A stretch of 64,000 nt of DNA from Chrysomallon squamiferum (lineage: Eukaryota > Animalia > Mollusca): NCBI GenBank assembly GCA_012295275.1, contig CM022678.1, positions 5,146,001-5,210,000 of the forward strand. Reading direction: 5' to 3'. Positions 39,841 through 58,160 of the stretch are shown here, piece by piece. A program made the translations under genes and the position numbers. Within the stretch, counting starts at the first letter, position 1. Every line of letters begins with the position of its first letter. A model generated the notes under the pieces. It was not told the origin of the DNA and ran no database searches. It saw only the letters and a program-made list of their open reading frames with translations.

Positions 39841-40042
39841 CAAGTTAAGGTACATCAGTTATTTAATTATGATATAAACGGTAATAATAGTACAAGTAAA
39901 AATATAATTAAAATGTTAAATCTAAAATAAATAAAAAATAAAATAAAATAAATGAAAAGCAATTCAGATCTGCACCCTTCTGTTATCAATAATGTAATCT
40001 AATAATGATATTAATAGCAAAGAAATACTTGATACAAATAGA

Positions 40043-40092
<50 letters not shown>

Positions 40093-40571
40093 CAACAACA
40101 ACAACAACAATTATTTTCAAGGCCGAAAATTTTTCAAATAAGATTCAATCATGTAATAACACGGAGGCTGTTTTCGGCGTAAAATAGGGAGACTAAACTA
40201 AGTAATTTTTAACTCTTTATATTGCATCGACAAGTTAAGGTACATCAGTTATTTAATTATGATATAAATGGTAATAATACTACTAGTAAAAATATAATTA
40301 AAATGTTAAATCTAAAATAAAATAAATGAAAAGCAATTCAGATCTGCACCCTTCTGTTATCAATAATGTAATCTAATAATGATATTAATAGCAAAGAAAT
40401 ACTTGATACAAATAGAAATAATAATAATAATAATAACAACAACAACAACAACAATTATTTTCAAGGCCGAAAGTTTTTCAAATAAGATTCAATCATGTAA
40501 TAACACGGAGGCTGTTTTCGGCGTAAAATAGGGAGACTAAACTAAGTAATTTTAAACTCTTTATATTGCAT
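39841..40571. repeat. Local tandem duplication (units of ~390 and ~340 bp, starting at 39841 and ~40230)
   Basis: CAAGTTAAGGTACATCAGTTATTTAATTATG ... GGGAGACTAAACTAAGTAATTTT occurs twice. Confidence 0.9.
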
Positions 40572-40799
40572 AGACTTTTTTATCGATGCAGTCTTACTTA
40601 CAATAAAATATACTAAAATAAAATTAAATAAATGTCCTCAAACGTCATAATGACTTAAAATAGCCATTTGCATGGATATTTCAAACAGATTCACTATGAC
40701 AATTGGTCTTTAGTTTACAACGGTCGAAAGAATGTTAAGGATTGAATAAAGAGAGTCGAAAAAGTCGTTTTTAACTGTTAATTTTCTTCATTTTGCTGT

Positions 40800-40816
40800 A
40801 TGTGTGTGTGTGTGTG

Positions 40817-40890
<74 letters not shown>
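40800..40890. repeat. Compound (GT)n(TA)n microsatellite
   Basis: Directly visible. Confidence 0.95.
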
Positions 40891-40904
<14 letters not shown>

Positions 40905-42228
40905 TGTAAGTATAAATATTCAGTGTGTCTGTATGAGTGTGTGTTTGTATTTCTATATCTGTTTTATTTCTTTGGTTTGCTTCTTTGGTTGTATTTAGTT
41001 ATGTTTTTCACGCAGAAAAATCTCCTGAAGAAACTGAGCTTCTCGCGCTGACGTCTAAAATCCTGAAAAATGTCAACACCCAGTTTCTGGTCATATGCTA
41101 TTTTTAATCAATATCTCTTTGGTTCCACGCTGTCTTGAATTCAATCGTTTTGCGAGCATGTCTGATGATAGCTACGTCTTTTAATAAATACCGATCTTAA
41201 AATCATTTGTGATCTAGGTAAATTAGTATAAATAAATATTAATTGAAAACTAACTAAAGAAAACTGAAACTGTACAGCAGTTTGAACAGTCAATCAAAAC
41301 AATTTAAAAAATTATTTATTTCATCCAGATTAATTTATTTTATGTAGGTACAGTTAGAAATATTTAAAATATTTAGCACTATCTGTTATTGATTTTTCTT
41401 TATTTATTCCTTTTTTTCAAAACTGTATATATCTAATGTTTTTCGTTTATCTTCCAGAAAATTCAAAATAAATAAACCGACCAGTCCATTTATGATTATA
41501 AAGAAAGAAAGAAAGCATTTTCTATTAAACTTCACTGTTATTTTTAGCTCATTTTATGGGAAAGTTATCGGAAAGACCCTGGGTGATTTTTGGACAATGT
41601 TTCGATGTTTACCAATAGCGCTGTGTTTTGAATATGCATCCCAAAGGATACGTAAATGAATGACAAGAAACCATACGATACAATATTAATAATAGAGTTA
41701 ATTCCCTTGAAATATGCTTCATTTCTTTGACCCTTGGATTCACCTTCCAGTGAATACACCACAGGAGTTATTCCCCTTCTCACATACATTCATAGACACA
41801 CACACACACACACAGACGTACATACATAAAAAGATAAGAAACGAAACATAATAAGTGAAATAGAAATATGTCTTACTAGCATTCGTTTATAAATTCAACG
41901 TAAATATTTGCTAAAATACACGGTCGTTTTACTAAATAGACCGCATATTTTTGTTGTTCATCACTGTCAACAAAGTAAATAAATAACTAAAGTAGGTAAA
42001 AATAAAATAAAAATGGAAATGATATAAATAAAATTATAATAATAATGAAAACAAATATCTTAACAAATGCGATAATTCAAAAAGCTAATTGTTGTTTTCT
42101 ATCTGGTATATTCGAAAATTCGGAACGAATGAAACAGGATGAAAATGAGGAAGTAATTGATATGTTCTTCTTGACTGCTAATTACGTTACGATACTATTA
42201 GTAATACAACTACTCTGCTACTACTACC

Positions 42229-42313
<85 letters not shown>

Positions 42314-43381
42314 TTTTTTTTTTTTTTTTTTTTTTTGTTTGTTGTTGTTGTTGTTTTTTTTTTGTGTTTTTGTTTTTGTTTTTTTTAAAAACTCAGTCCA
42401 GTTACATTGCTGACAATGTGAATACGGAACGCGTATTACTAATAATTAAAAGAATAATACGAGAATACTGCTCAACGTTGAAACAAACGGACAGACACGT
42501 GTTTCGTGCAAACTTTAAAGACCCTTCATAAATACCATGCTAACAACTTTATTTAATTTATAAGCACACCTTCCAAGACAATCTAACCCCTAACTAAGTC
42601 AAAACACACCAGCCAATGTAGGAACGGATCATGGTATCAATATTCCACTATGCTCAGATTAAAAGTGTACCATTGCATACATAAATGGTAACAAAGTTCT
42701 CTAAACGTCCACGGTCTATGACTGGATAAAGTTAAAACGTTCCCAACCAATGAAGCTGTGGCTCATCATCAGGTCATAGCACCAACGTATTATTACCAGC
42801 TTATAAAGTGTACCTCTGGATATATAAATGGCAACACAAAGTTATCTATATATCCAAGTTAATGTTGTATTGTTTTTGTGTACCTATCACTGCCTATTAC
42901 AAAGTAAAAGAATGACAAAATATTGCAGTAAAATATTCTAAAGCAGCTATCTTAACCCTTCACAACTGATATACATGCATGTATGTATGTATGTATGTAT
43001 GTATGTATGTATGTATGTGTGTGTATGTATGTATGTGTGTATATATAAACAATAAATACAAATGTTTTGTTCGTGTACGAGAGTCTGCGTGTGTGGCTCA
43101 GATTAAGAGTGACTGAAATTTAATCAGGAACAAAAAAAGAACAAATAACTAATTTGTACCAGACTATCATTCAGTGAACGTCTTTTCTGCAATTAAAGAG
43201 AATGCGAATGAATTATATAATTTGATAGCTGTCAGCTGACGTAATACTAACAATTTTAATTATGACTATAATGTCGAAGAGTCCGACGAAAAGTATTTGA
43301 ATAAAAATGAAAATATTGAAAATAAGTATTTTGTATTTTATTTTATTAATACTTTCATCAGCTTGTGAGCCGTTTTCAAAG

Positions 43382-45506
43382 TTAATAGTTGACAAACCAG
43401 TTGACAGCTTGCTTTACAGAGAAGTGTCCTTCGTCTGCTTCCTTCCCTACACGAATCTGAGAGATGTCGACATTTCCTTGTGTGGTGACGATCATGAAAC
43501 GCCAGAAAGGTTGATCTTTTATCTGGAATTCAGCAGACCCGACTTCTTCAGTACTGACACTCTCGCCTAGCTCGGCAGAAACTTCTCCAGAAGGACCTAG
43601 CAGAAGACTGTCTGCCTTGAACACCAACCATCCTTTTTCCACACAGTCATTCGAACTGCCGTGGCTTCCAGCCGATCCGCGGTGTCTGCCCCACCAAGAA
43701 AGACCTCCTGTCTCCCACCAGCCAACATGTCTTTTACTTGGGCTGTTAGCATTGACGTTGTCATAGTCTACCTGCAGCGCCACTCGAACCTGAGCTCCAT
43801 TTTGTATTGCTTTCTTCAACTCGACCTTCGATCCAAACGTTAGATCACCATTTTTGTTCGTTGATAAAATCTTCGTCCATGGTCGCGTGTCCACAAACCA
43901 GCTGATTGTTTTCTTTTCCGTTGTTTGATCAACAAAAGTACCGTTAAAGAACGTAAGTTTTAGCATGTTAACTGTCCCAGTTGTGTGCGCTGTCTGCCAG
44001 AGCCTAATACGTTTATTTTCAACTGTATTATCATCATTCTGATAAATACGATCGAGCATTTGTACGGAGACATGTCCCGACTTCGTCCTTACGTTACTTG
44101 CCTCCACGGAATAGTTTCCCATTATAATCTTCACTCTGTGTCCACTCTGAACTGCAGAAACAAGTTCAGAAAGAGACCCATCTTGTTCTTTTCCATCTTC
44201 GTCGTGCGTTAATACGTGTCGCCAGCAAGAGTCCGCATACCAATTTGTTGGAGATGTACTATTTATATTCTCTAATGAATTCAAAATATTAAATAAATAA
44301 AAAGAGTTATTAAACTGTTTAGCGGATATGTCTATGAAATACCAAACTGGTTTAAAAGCAAGGAAGAAATACAGAGTACCAGGAGAAGCTGTCTGGTGAC
44401 CTACAATATCTTCATCCGTGGTAATTTCGATAGCATGTAGACTGAACACGAAGGTCCCAAAAGAAAGTGTAATGTCATGACCGTTTAGCACAGAGTAGCT
44501 AAGCGCCGTTTTGCTTTCCTTTATTGTTTCTTCGGTAAACTCTGTAGGAGAAAGAAGCTGGCGACATGAGGACTTCTTAGTAAACCATTGGATTCCCTCA
44601 GAAGAGAATTTAGTATTTATCCATTCGTTCGTGTCCACTTTGTAATACTGTTCCACATAAACTCCCGACGTGGAAACTTCGAAGAAGCGAAAATAGATAT
44701 CGTCTGTAAAAGTATTCCAGAAGTTATTATTCACATATGTGCTCGACACTGACAAAATGTGTCCATTAGAAATGTAATAAAACGCTGTATCTCCAATGTA
44801 GCCTTCAGTGGCCCAAGATGGAATCAGAAATCTAATTGGATCAGTGTTAGATACAGCAAGCACGAGATCCTCGAGCGATCCGCTAACTGCATTACCTTGG
44901 TTGTCGTTCTCGTAGATCTTGTACCATGGACTGTCACATGTGTCTGAAAAACGAAATTACTTCTAATGTATTTTTAACAGAGTTAGGTATATTGTGTGTG
45001 TGTGTTTTATGGTTAATATTTAAGGTGAAGTAATTTATATTTTGTTTGTGTTGATCAGCTAAAATCTGAATATCGCCGCCCGATCTCGAAACAACACGAA
45101 CATGATAATGAAAAAAAAAAAAAAGAAAAGAAACAAAAGAAAATTAAATAAAATAAGAACAAAGTAAAATATACTACTACTGCTACTACTGCTACTAGAG
45201 CTACTACTATTTCTACAACAAATAACAATTATAATAATATGAAAATGCGTAATAAGAATAATATAATAAAATCAAGACTACAAATCAAATTTAAGAAAAC
45301 CAATTATTTGATATCGAGTTGAATCTCTTTATGTGTACAGCATATATCCAGACAATCATTAAAAAATTACAACAGAGAATTTTAAAGTAAATAAACCAGC
45401 AGATACACATACCACATGTAGTTGGAATAGTTCCTCTTGTAGACACAACAGAAATAATAAATACCACATAGTGCAAGATGACTGTAGTAGAAAACATCTC
45501 CATCAT
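43382..45506 (-). CDS. Paralog B3: intact predicted secreted four-repeat protein, ~551 aa; coding exons 45506-45413 and 44943-43382
   Basis: The signal exon translates the same as in B2. Acceptor TTTTTCAG|AC is in frame with the 493-aa ORF. Confidence 0.9.
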
Positions 45507-46097
45507 ATGAAAATGGTACTGGAAAAACAATACAGATCGTTATTCAAATATAATGAATTTAACTTACAAGCATGAATTATAAGGATAAATATAAAGGTTA
45601 CATTTAAAGACGAGCGTAATATTCTTCTTTGTTTATTTATATGTTTGTTTGTTTACTTATCTCACCTGACATAAGTAATAATAATCTCTTGAGCTTGTAG
45701 TGTTCATGCGCTGCTTTGGAATAACAGTAACGATACTCAAAACACAAACCTACATATAATTAACTGACTAAAATCAAGTAATATTACTAGCTAAATAATA
45801 GATCAGTTTAATTACGAGTTGCCAAAGTGTTCGTTACTGAGCGAGGTATAAATAGTCGCTAGATAGTCGACTAGATAAATTGTTTTCAATTCTTCTTTTC
45901 TTAGAAATTTTGGAACAAAATTATTTAACTCCCCTTTCCACTAAAACAGCGTAGAAAACGACCAATTCACAGATGTACCTCTTGATCTAGAATGAGTTTT
46001 ACTAGAAATTAATGCATAAAGTATCAACAATATCATACACATACGCATATCAAACACACCCACACACACGTCTTAGATCTGAACAAATGAGACGTAC

Positions 46098-46221
46098 CTG
46101 TCGAGTATGCAGACGATTCTCTTCCAATGTGACAAATGTGTTCACTGTATTCTATTTATCAAATATCAAAAACAGTTTGAAATTTGTTTTTGTTAGAAAT
46201 CACAGCCTGTAGTCGGAACAT
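46098..46221 (-). promoter_or_regulatory. Promoter box and non-coding exon 1 of B3
   Basis: AAATCACAGCCTGTAGTCGGAACAT at ~46197-46221. The TATA position reads GATAAATA. Donor CAG|GTACGT. Confidence 0.7.
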
Positions 46222-46866
46222 TTGGTTATCTATAATCTTACAATGACTTTGAGAAGCTATCTCTTAGGTTTAGAAAACTAATAACAGGTGTTATTTGTGC
46301 CATACGCTTGTTTGATTTAAATCTTTGTTTTGATGTGTATTTGTGTATGATTCTGGTCATCTTTGAAGATACATTAAACGTTTTAAACTACACAGGTGGC
46401 AGAAACCTGATTAAATTTTGAATTCATTACAGATTTGTTTTTCATACATCAAGCTGTGTTTGGTGAATGAACGTGTTGCTGGCGTTCTTCTGACGTTTTG
46501 ATTGATAAATATTTGTTTGAAATTAAGTTTATCAGTATATACAATCATGAAATGTATTTACGCGTTTTGTAGAAGACGCGTTTTGTAAAACGGTTTTACA
46601 TGAAACAGATGTTAATTTAATTTCTTTCACGACAGTATATTTTGATCAATTTAAATTTCAATAAAATATTGTTTTATTCAAATAGATAACAATATTTTAG
46701 GATGGAGAGAATCGACGTTAACTTAAAACTATTTTTGTATCATTAAAAATTCCCGAAACAACGTAGACTACTCGAGGTTGGCCGCATCCAGTATGTACTG
46801 TATGTTTGGACTCTTTTTTTAATTGGTTGAAACAATGCAGTTTGATGGGCGTGAGATTGTGAGCTG

Positions 46867-46989
<123 letters not shown>

Positions 46990-47909
46990 ACGAAAAACAT
47001 ATTGTTAATAAATCTTTAAAAAGGAAAACAAATGTATCACAAACTCACAAAAAAACAAAAAAAACCACAGTAGCCCAAGTTCTTAAATATTTCAAAGAAA
47101 CACGGAATTTTTTTTTTATTATTTTTTTTTTTTTTTTTTATTGATTACTTAGATAGCTAATTATTAATATGTCCATGACCATTGTGTATAAAAATTGTTT
47201 CACTCTTTTTCTTTTCATGATTTAATTTTCAATTAATCCGTTGGACTAGATCGTAAGTCATGTAAAGATCGATGTTTTGTTAAATTAACCAATTGTCTTC
47301 GCACATCCTGATAAAATTTAAAAAGTAAAGAAAAAATAAATAGAAAATAAAAATACAGTGGACATTGCGGAGGGACAAATACTATATGGATATCTTGCTA
47401 TCCACCTGTTAGAGAAGTTTCTATTTAGAATTTTTGATCTAGAACTTTTTATTTAGAATCGTTTTCTTCGAAATTTAAATTTAATGTTATATGTCAACTG
47501 TTTATTCAGCTAAATATCTAACGTCTAGTTCTTAGAGCAAAATGACAGAATGCACGATTTTGTTCAAATACCATATTGTCCATCTATTCTAATTGATTAG
47601 GTTCAGGAACAAGTTAATTATTAAACATTTTTAAGAAGCTGTCACCGTTCTAAATACTTATGAAAAGTCACGTGTCCTTTGTTAATTTATTTTTTGAATA
47701 ATTAATAATTTAAAAATAAAAGTTCTCATTCTTGGCTCTTGTTTTGTTTTCTCTTATAATTCTTGTCATCATCATCATCATTATGATATATGTGCTGGCT
47801 CACGATGGTTAGTATTATCTTAATGTGTCTGCTGTTAGTAAAACGCAAAAATGTCTTTTAAAATAACATTTTGGGGGATTTTTTAATTTATTTATTTTAT
47901 TTATTTATT

Positions 47910-47955
<46 letters not shown>

Positions 47956-48527
47956 TTCTTGTGAAAGCCGTGTTCGGTTTTGAATGTAAATATGGTGTTA
48001 ATATCACTGGTGTACCCTTCTATATATATATATATATATATGTAAGTTCTTGTGTATCAATACATGCCGTCGTCTGTGTCTTTCTTTTTATTTTGTCTGT
48101 GAGCGTGTGTGTCTGGATTTATGTTTACGATGTACGTATATAATTTCATGTACGTGTCTATGTGTGTGTGTGTGTGTGTATTCTGTGTACGGGTATGGAG
48201 ATAAAATATTTGAATGTTTTAGCGGTTTTATTTGCACTGATAAAGGCCGTCACTGGCATTAATGGAACTGGTTTCAGTTGTAATGGTAGTAGCTATGGAA
48301 ACAGTAGTTATAATAGCCATAATAGTAATAGTAGTAGTAGTTGTTGTTGTAGTAGTTGTAGTAGTAGTAGTGTAAGTAGCAGTAGTAGCATTGGCAGCAG
48401 CAGAAATAGTCATAGTAAATATATGTATTAAAATATAGATTTGAATGTGTTTGTGTGTCTGTGTGTATGTATGTGTCTGTCTGTCTGTCTGTCTGTCTGT
48501 TCGTCTACATAGAAAAATACAAATTAA

Positions 48528-48765
48528 TCATGTGTCCTTCACTGCACGTCTCAGAGAAATGTCGAGGCAAGAAAGTTTCTTTTTCGATCTGGAATTCAGC
48601 AGACCCTACTTCATCAGAGCTGAAATTCTCAGCACGATCTGCAGGAACTTCTCCAGAAGACAAACCGTCTTTTCTCCACACACTCATCAGAACTGCCATG
48701 ATGTGCAGTCCACTCGCAGTGTCTGCCCGACCAAGAATGACCGCCTGTCTCCCACCAACCAATCT
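48528..48765 (-). pseudogene. Degenerate C-terminal relic of a B-type gene (copy of 17860-18095)
   Basis: Same GWWETGGHSW.GRH...SSGEV.A...EVGSAEFQIEK remnants. Confidence 0.8.
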
Positions 48766-50335
48766 CCTAACGTTTTTTTTTTAATATTTTTTATTCTTAT
48801 CCCCTTTCATCTAGAAACATTTAGCATAACTTCTTTAAACATAGTTACTGATCATTTCACAAATAACTTTTGCTCGGGAACTGTAGCCAACTTCAGACAA
48901 ATTTCACGCCTATCAAGCTGGATTTTGATCCAATCGATTACAAGCTCGAAGTATAGAATACAGACTGGACACGCCCACTCTTGGTCAGTGCTGTTCAGTC
49001 TTTGTATGTTAAGTTCATTTCGTACGTTCCTAAAATATTCAGTATCCATAAGCCAGATGTTTGATCTATTTCGATAATACTATAACCGATTGAAAACTAA
49101 ATTTATTGGAATATACGTTCGCGAAAGAAATTAAACTGACATCTGTCATAGGCTTGGCTGTGAATCCGATTTAAAAAGGCCACGTTTACAGCCTTGAAGA
49201 AAAACAAAAATGGAAGTATGAAACAAATTGAACTGTAGAAATTATTTCGATTGATTTTGAACTAGGTATATGATATAGCCTACAATACAAATTAAATAAA
49301 TAGATACAAATTTAAAAAAAGTAAATAAATAAATAAATTATAATTGTAAATATTGATAAATTTAATTTCAAAAGAATTTTATCAAACAAAAATCAGAACA
49401 GCGCGAGCAACACGTGCTTCGTTCATCAAACACTCCTCGATGTATTAAAAGCAAAATTTGTCATCAAATCAATACTTAACCAAGATTTCTACCACCCGTG
49501 TCGTTTAAAACGTTTGATGTTTCTTCAACCCTGACTAGAATCAATCACATATATCAATTTAAAAAAAAAAAAAAAAAAAATTAATTAAACATCTGTGACA
49601 AATAAGACAAGTTTATCTCTTTCATTTTGGAGTGTCAGTTTTCGACTATACAGTCCATCCACTTTTTATTAAAAAAAAAATTTTAATTTCAATAAACTAT
49701 ACTTCTCAGAAAGCATGTAAAATGTTTTCAGATAGCGTGAGATAGGTGAAAGAATCATTTGGTATCTTCTTCTCGTTATTATTAGAATATTAAATTTTCC
49801 ACCAATTAATTAAAAGAAAAAAAAAAAAAAAGAACATTAATTATGGAAAATTAATTTCTGGAAATAAAAATATCGATTTTTTTTTTCTTGTGTCTATTCA
49901 GAGTTGGACATCCCAGAGTCAAGCCATATTGCAATAATGCACATATATATATAAAAGAAGTGTTTATATATAGACTCTTGCTAGTGTTTAGTGAATCTAC
50001 TAAATACACACACGTACACACAACATATTTCTGTGGTAATGCACCATCTAATTCTCCTCTGAAAATGTATGTTATAAATACCATATTCCCAAAAGGACGG
50101 GCGGATTGCTTTAAAATGTATGAAAACATGAATTATTGAATTATTCTATCAGTAGCACAAAATGAATTTAAAAATATATTTTACTTGAAAACTGCATTTG
50201 GGACCATAGATTCCATTATTAATTAACTACGTTGGTTACTGCACTTATGACTTAAACAGTTACCAAAGGGAAGTATGGAAATGTATTAATCTTGCCATTT
50301 TATATTGTTTTCAAACTTTGTTACTATGAAAGTTT

Positions 50336-50403
<68 letters not shown>

Positions 50404-50507
50404 CATACATACACATAAAACATACAAAAATAGTTTAGTTCTATTGATTGATTTCTAAACCGAACAAATGTAAATTTCAATCTCATTGTAAGATTATAGA
50501 AAACCAA

Positions 50508-50627
50508 ATGTTCCGACTACAAGCTGTGATTTCTAACAAAACAAAAATTCAAAATCATTTGCATTTTAATAAATTGGATCAGTCAGTAAACTGGTCACTA
50601 TTGAAGAGAATCGTGGACACGCCAAAG
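50508..50627 (+). promoter_or_regulatory. Promoter box and non-coding exon 1 of C2
   Basis: ATGTTCCGACTACAAGCTGTGATTTC and donor AAG|GTACGT at 50627/50628. Confidence 0.7.
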
Positions 50628-51122
50628 GTACGTCTAGTTATATCTCATATTTAAGAAAATATTTATAGGAAATATTCTCGTTTACTCAAAATAGTTTTTT
50701 TCAAAACTGATTATACATAATGAATGTCTCAGACACACGCACGCACATGTTGAGAGAGAGAGAGAGAGACAGGTAGATGAAGAGAATCAATTACAAGTTT
50801 CAGTTTTGAATATATATTTGATAGTCATGTTTAAAAATGGTTGATATTTATTGCAAAAATGTATAACATACACAACTGATCTGCTTTATTTTGCAAATAT
50901 CCATCTTTACTGTATCAAATTAGAACAACATCGTAACACTGGAAATAGAAAACTAAGGAAAGTTTTTGTGGTTTTTTCTTTGTTTTTTTAAACAACAGAT
51001 CATTCTGTACATTAATTACTATTAAAACTCGTTCGAGCTCAAAAGTCACATTTGTGTTTGTCGTTTTCTGTGCTGTTTTGGTCGAAGTGGCAGTCAAATA
51101 GTTTTGTTTTCTGTTCAGTATC

Positions 51123-51171
<49 letters not shown>

Positions 51172-51564
51172 TAAAAGTTCTATCACCAATTTACTCTGTC
51201 AACGACCGTCTGTAGATCCCTCCGAACTCAGTAGAGATGTCACATTGTTTTAAATTAACATTGTAGTCAGTTAATACTAATGTCGTTCATTAATGAAACA
51301 TAAACTTGTGTTGCAGGCATAACAGTTATTATTCTAAAGCAACACATGGAAAGTTTATACAATATACACGCTCAATTCCATTATTACTTATCAGTTGTTA
51401 AATAAATAAATAAATACAAATCTAAATTGTATAAGAGTATTACGCTTGTCCATAAATGCTACCTTTATATACATTATATTAATTCATCCTTCTAAGTAAT
51501 AGTCATTATATCTGAATTATCACTTGTATTGTATTTTTTTCAGTTGCAGTTTCAGAAGCTGGAG

Positions 51565-54316
<2,752 letters not shown>

Positions 54317-54973
54317 CTTAGAAAACGGCTCACAAGCTACTGAAAGTAATAATAAAATAGATTACAAAATATTTAGTTTCAAACTTTTCATTTGTATTCA
54401 AATACTTTTCGTCAGTCTCGTTGGCATTATGGTCATAGTTGAATTGGTTGATATTCCGTCAAGTGAGAGCTATAAAATTAGATAATTAATTATCATTGTC
54501 TTTAGTTGTAGAAAAGACTTCACTGAATGATAGTCTGTTTAACGTCAGTTATTTATTTTTTTTTTTTTTTTTTTTTTTTGAATAATGGAGTACATTTATT
54601 TTCTTCGGTTCTAATTCAGTTTGTAATAAGTTGTCAAATCTCAAATGCAGGAAGGTCAATAATTCGTTTCTTAGAGGCAGCCATTTTTTATTGATGTCTA
54701 ATAAGAAGAATTGAAATATCGGAATAAATAATAATAAATACAACAACAAGAACAATTTGAAAATAAAAGCGTGAAACCAGTAAGACTTTCTGAACTGTAA
54801 CATTGTGCAGGTTTTTCTAATGATGAAAATCTTCTGGATATTTAAATCCTTTTTTTTTACGTTCAATTTTACAAAATTGGGTGTCTTCTAACCATTTAAA
54901 TGAGTTTATTTTATGATTAATAATTTAGTGTGTTTGTATAGTAGTTATTCAAATTGATTAAAAAACAACAACA

Positions 54974-55036
<63 letters not shown>

Positions 55037-55340
55037 TGATGGTAAACACGAAAACTAAATACTGCCATCGTTCGTACCACCTTTCTCAGCACAGAAACAC
55101 ATTAATTGTGAGTAGATTAAAAACGCTGGCCACCACCATCCATTTTGAATCGGACAAAAACTATAAATATACTACACAGACTGCATGAGTCCCACCCAAG
55201 ATTATATTCAATTTTTGAAATGCATTTAGAGAAACAGTAAAGTTGTGGATCATGGAACTGTCAGGTTAACGTGAATGTGAACATAAAGGATGTAATGTCT
55301 TGAAGGGAAATAACCTGTAGTCATGTCCTTCTGCAAAAGT

Positions 55341-55512
55341 TTCTACTCAGTTACTTCAGAGTGTTAGTAATGAAGAAGTCGGGTCTGTTGAATTCAGGAT
55401 CAAATATGAACCTTTCTGGCATTCCATAATCATCATGACACAATAAAATGTCAACATCTATCAGATGTAGGGAAAGAGATCGAGAACAGCTTTCTGTAAA
55501 ATAACTGTTGGA
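55341..55512 (+). pseudogene. Old C-terminal relic of the family
   Basis: Translates QLLQSVSNEEVGSVEFRIKYEPFWHSIIIMTQ*NVNIYQ, homologous to the end of repeat 4. Confidence 0.8.
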
Positions 55513-56060
55513 AACAATAATAAAAGTAGTAACAGACATATATATCTTCGGTCCTTCTAGTTTTGTTTCAAACTGTTTCTTCTGTCTCACAGTATATTAA
55601 CTTAACAGGAATAAAGATAACTAATTAATGGACATTCCGATGATTGCAAAATATTGCAAAAATTATTATAGCACAGTTTCAGAATTAGATATTCTTGTTC
55701 CTGTAACACTCAGAAACATACTAAAAAAACAAACAAAAAAAAAAACAAACAACATTGAAAAACTAACTATTTGTATACAAGAGATAAACTGCTGTCTTAA
55801 ATTCTTATTTCTTTATTTATTTATTAAACTAGTTTACTTAATTTTGGTTTAAGAATTAAGGAAATGAAACGTGTTAAAAACAAAATCCTATTTTCTAAGT
55901 CGTAATCAAACTTATTAAAAAACAACAACAATAACAAAAAACAAATAAATAAAGAAATAAGGAAAAAGAAAAGAAAAACAAAATGTCATTAGTAATCAAG
56001 TGTGAGATACAATATAGAGAAGTAATAAAGCTATTGATGGTGGTAGTATTAGTGTTAAAC

Positions 56061-56097
<37 letters not shown>

Positions 56098-57403
56098 GCA
56101 CTAAGACCCATTCTAAACAACAAACAGAAAGAAACAAAGAAAAAGAAAACCAATACAAAGAAAAAACCCGAAAAGAAACATGAAAAATAAATGCAAACAT
56201 ATAAAATACAATATATATATATATACACATACACACACACACAGACACACAAGTGTTTCTAGAACAAATACTACAACTATTACTAATTAACAGACATAAA
56301 ATACAGAAAGACAGACACAATACCTACACAGAACAACTACAAATCGAAATAAGCAAAATAAAAAACAATTATGTTTGAAAATAAATAAATAAATATCCAC
56401 CTGTATATTTTGTAATCAGTCTATCAGTTTGTGTCAGTTAACATTATTTGTACTGCTTTCTGACATCATATGGAATAGGTCCATCAATATATGAGCTTAG
56501 ATATAATTATCCTGTTAGACTAGTAAGCAGTTAGAAATGGTGGGCGGGGGAGAAAAAAGGACAATAAGTAATCAGATTAAGAAATGAATATATAAATTAA
56601 AAGATGAAAACCATTTTTGTTATCAAGAAATTGTACTATTTGCATGCTACTAAAATTCAGCTTGTAAGTGGTGAGAAATCTTACAAATTTAGAAAATAAA
56701 TAAAATAATATATAAATAAACATTCAGATAGACAGATAGATTTAAAAAAAAAAAATTTTATCAGTAGTTATGGAACAGATAAATATATAAAGGGAACTAA
56801 ACAGATTTGAGCAATACCTACTAATAAAAAAAAATAGTGGAGTTATTTCCCTTGAGTTATGTTTCATTCTTATCACGATATCGTTAACTTTTGAACAATT
56901 TGAACATTTATAATTGCTATAATACAGGGACACCTGTACACAATAGACTCGTGTTTTTTCCACTCACACCACATGAATAAACACATCAAATAAAATACAA
57001 AATTAAATTACTGTTGATACTTAAACTTAACATTGTCGTGATTATGTTTACAAACATTTACGAAATTTGATTTCAGTGGTGCATCATTTCTGCTAACCAG
57101 TTACTAAGAGAAATAACTTTTATCTTGTCTTTATATACGTATCAACCGTTTTTTGTACAGCATTATAAAACATAAATTTCTTACCTTTTAGAATTCGAAA
57201 AATAACGTTCTTTTCCTTGCGATATCATGGCGGCTGGCAGACTTGTGATAACCAATCAGAATTTTACAAGTAATAAATCTCTAATTTTCCTCGCTAATTT
57301 CCGTAGATACAGCGGCAGGTCAAAAGTAAACAAAAAGATAATTTAATATTTTTATATATTTATATCTAATGAATGTAATGTATGAATGTATCAAGTACAA
57401 AAG

Positions 57404-57462
<59 letters not shown>

Positions 57463-57757
57463 GTAATAACTAAAGTAAAAATGATTATATTAAATAAATA
57501 AATATATAAATAAATAAATATTTAGTAGATATAATCTAAAAGAAAGGGTAACAATATATCTGAATTTTCGATAAGAACATAAGTCCACATTAAATTCAGT
57601 ATTAAGCTATAAAGCTATTGTGACCCATATTTCTTTCTTCGATAACACAGCTTCGGTTTATTATTATTTTTAATCGTTTTTTTTTAAACAGTTTCAATTA
57701 CTTTTCTGCACGAATAAAACCATGCATTTTTTTCACTTTACTTTACTTTACTTTATT

Positions 57758-57798
<41 letters not shown>

Positions 57799-58041
57799 TG
57801 AGAGTGTGTCTGGATGTGTGCGCATTTGTGTCTGTGTTTCTGGTCGCAATTTATCATTAGTATTTTAACTGATATGGAAACTGTGAATGATTTTGTGCTT
57901 TTAGTATTTGAATTAATTACTATTATTATAATTAACATCATCATCATTATTTTAATTTGCAAAAGATAATCATAATAATAGTCTCAGCTGAGCTTGAGAT
58001 GCTAAACTAATTATTTTTATCAGTTTTTGTATCATTAACAC

Positions 58042-58044
<3 letters not shown>

Positions 58045-58117
<73 letters not shown>

Positions 58118-58160
58118 ATCTCTCTCTCTATGTGTATATATATATATATATATATATGTA
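58045..58160. repeat. Compound (CT)n/(TA)n microsatellite
   Basis: Directly visible. Confidence 0.95.
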
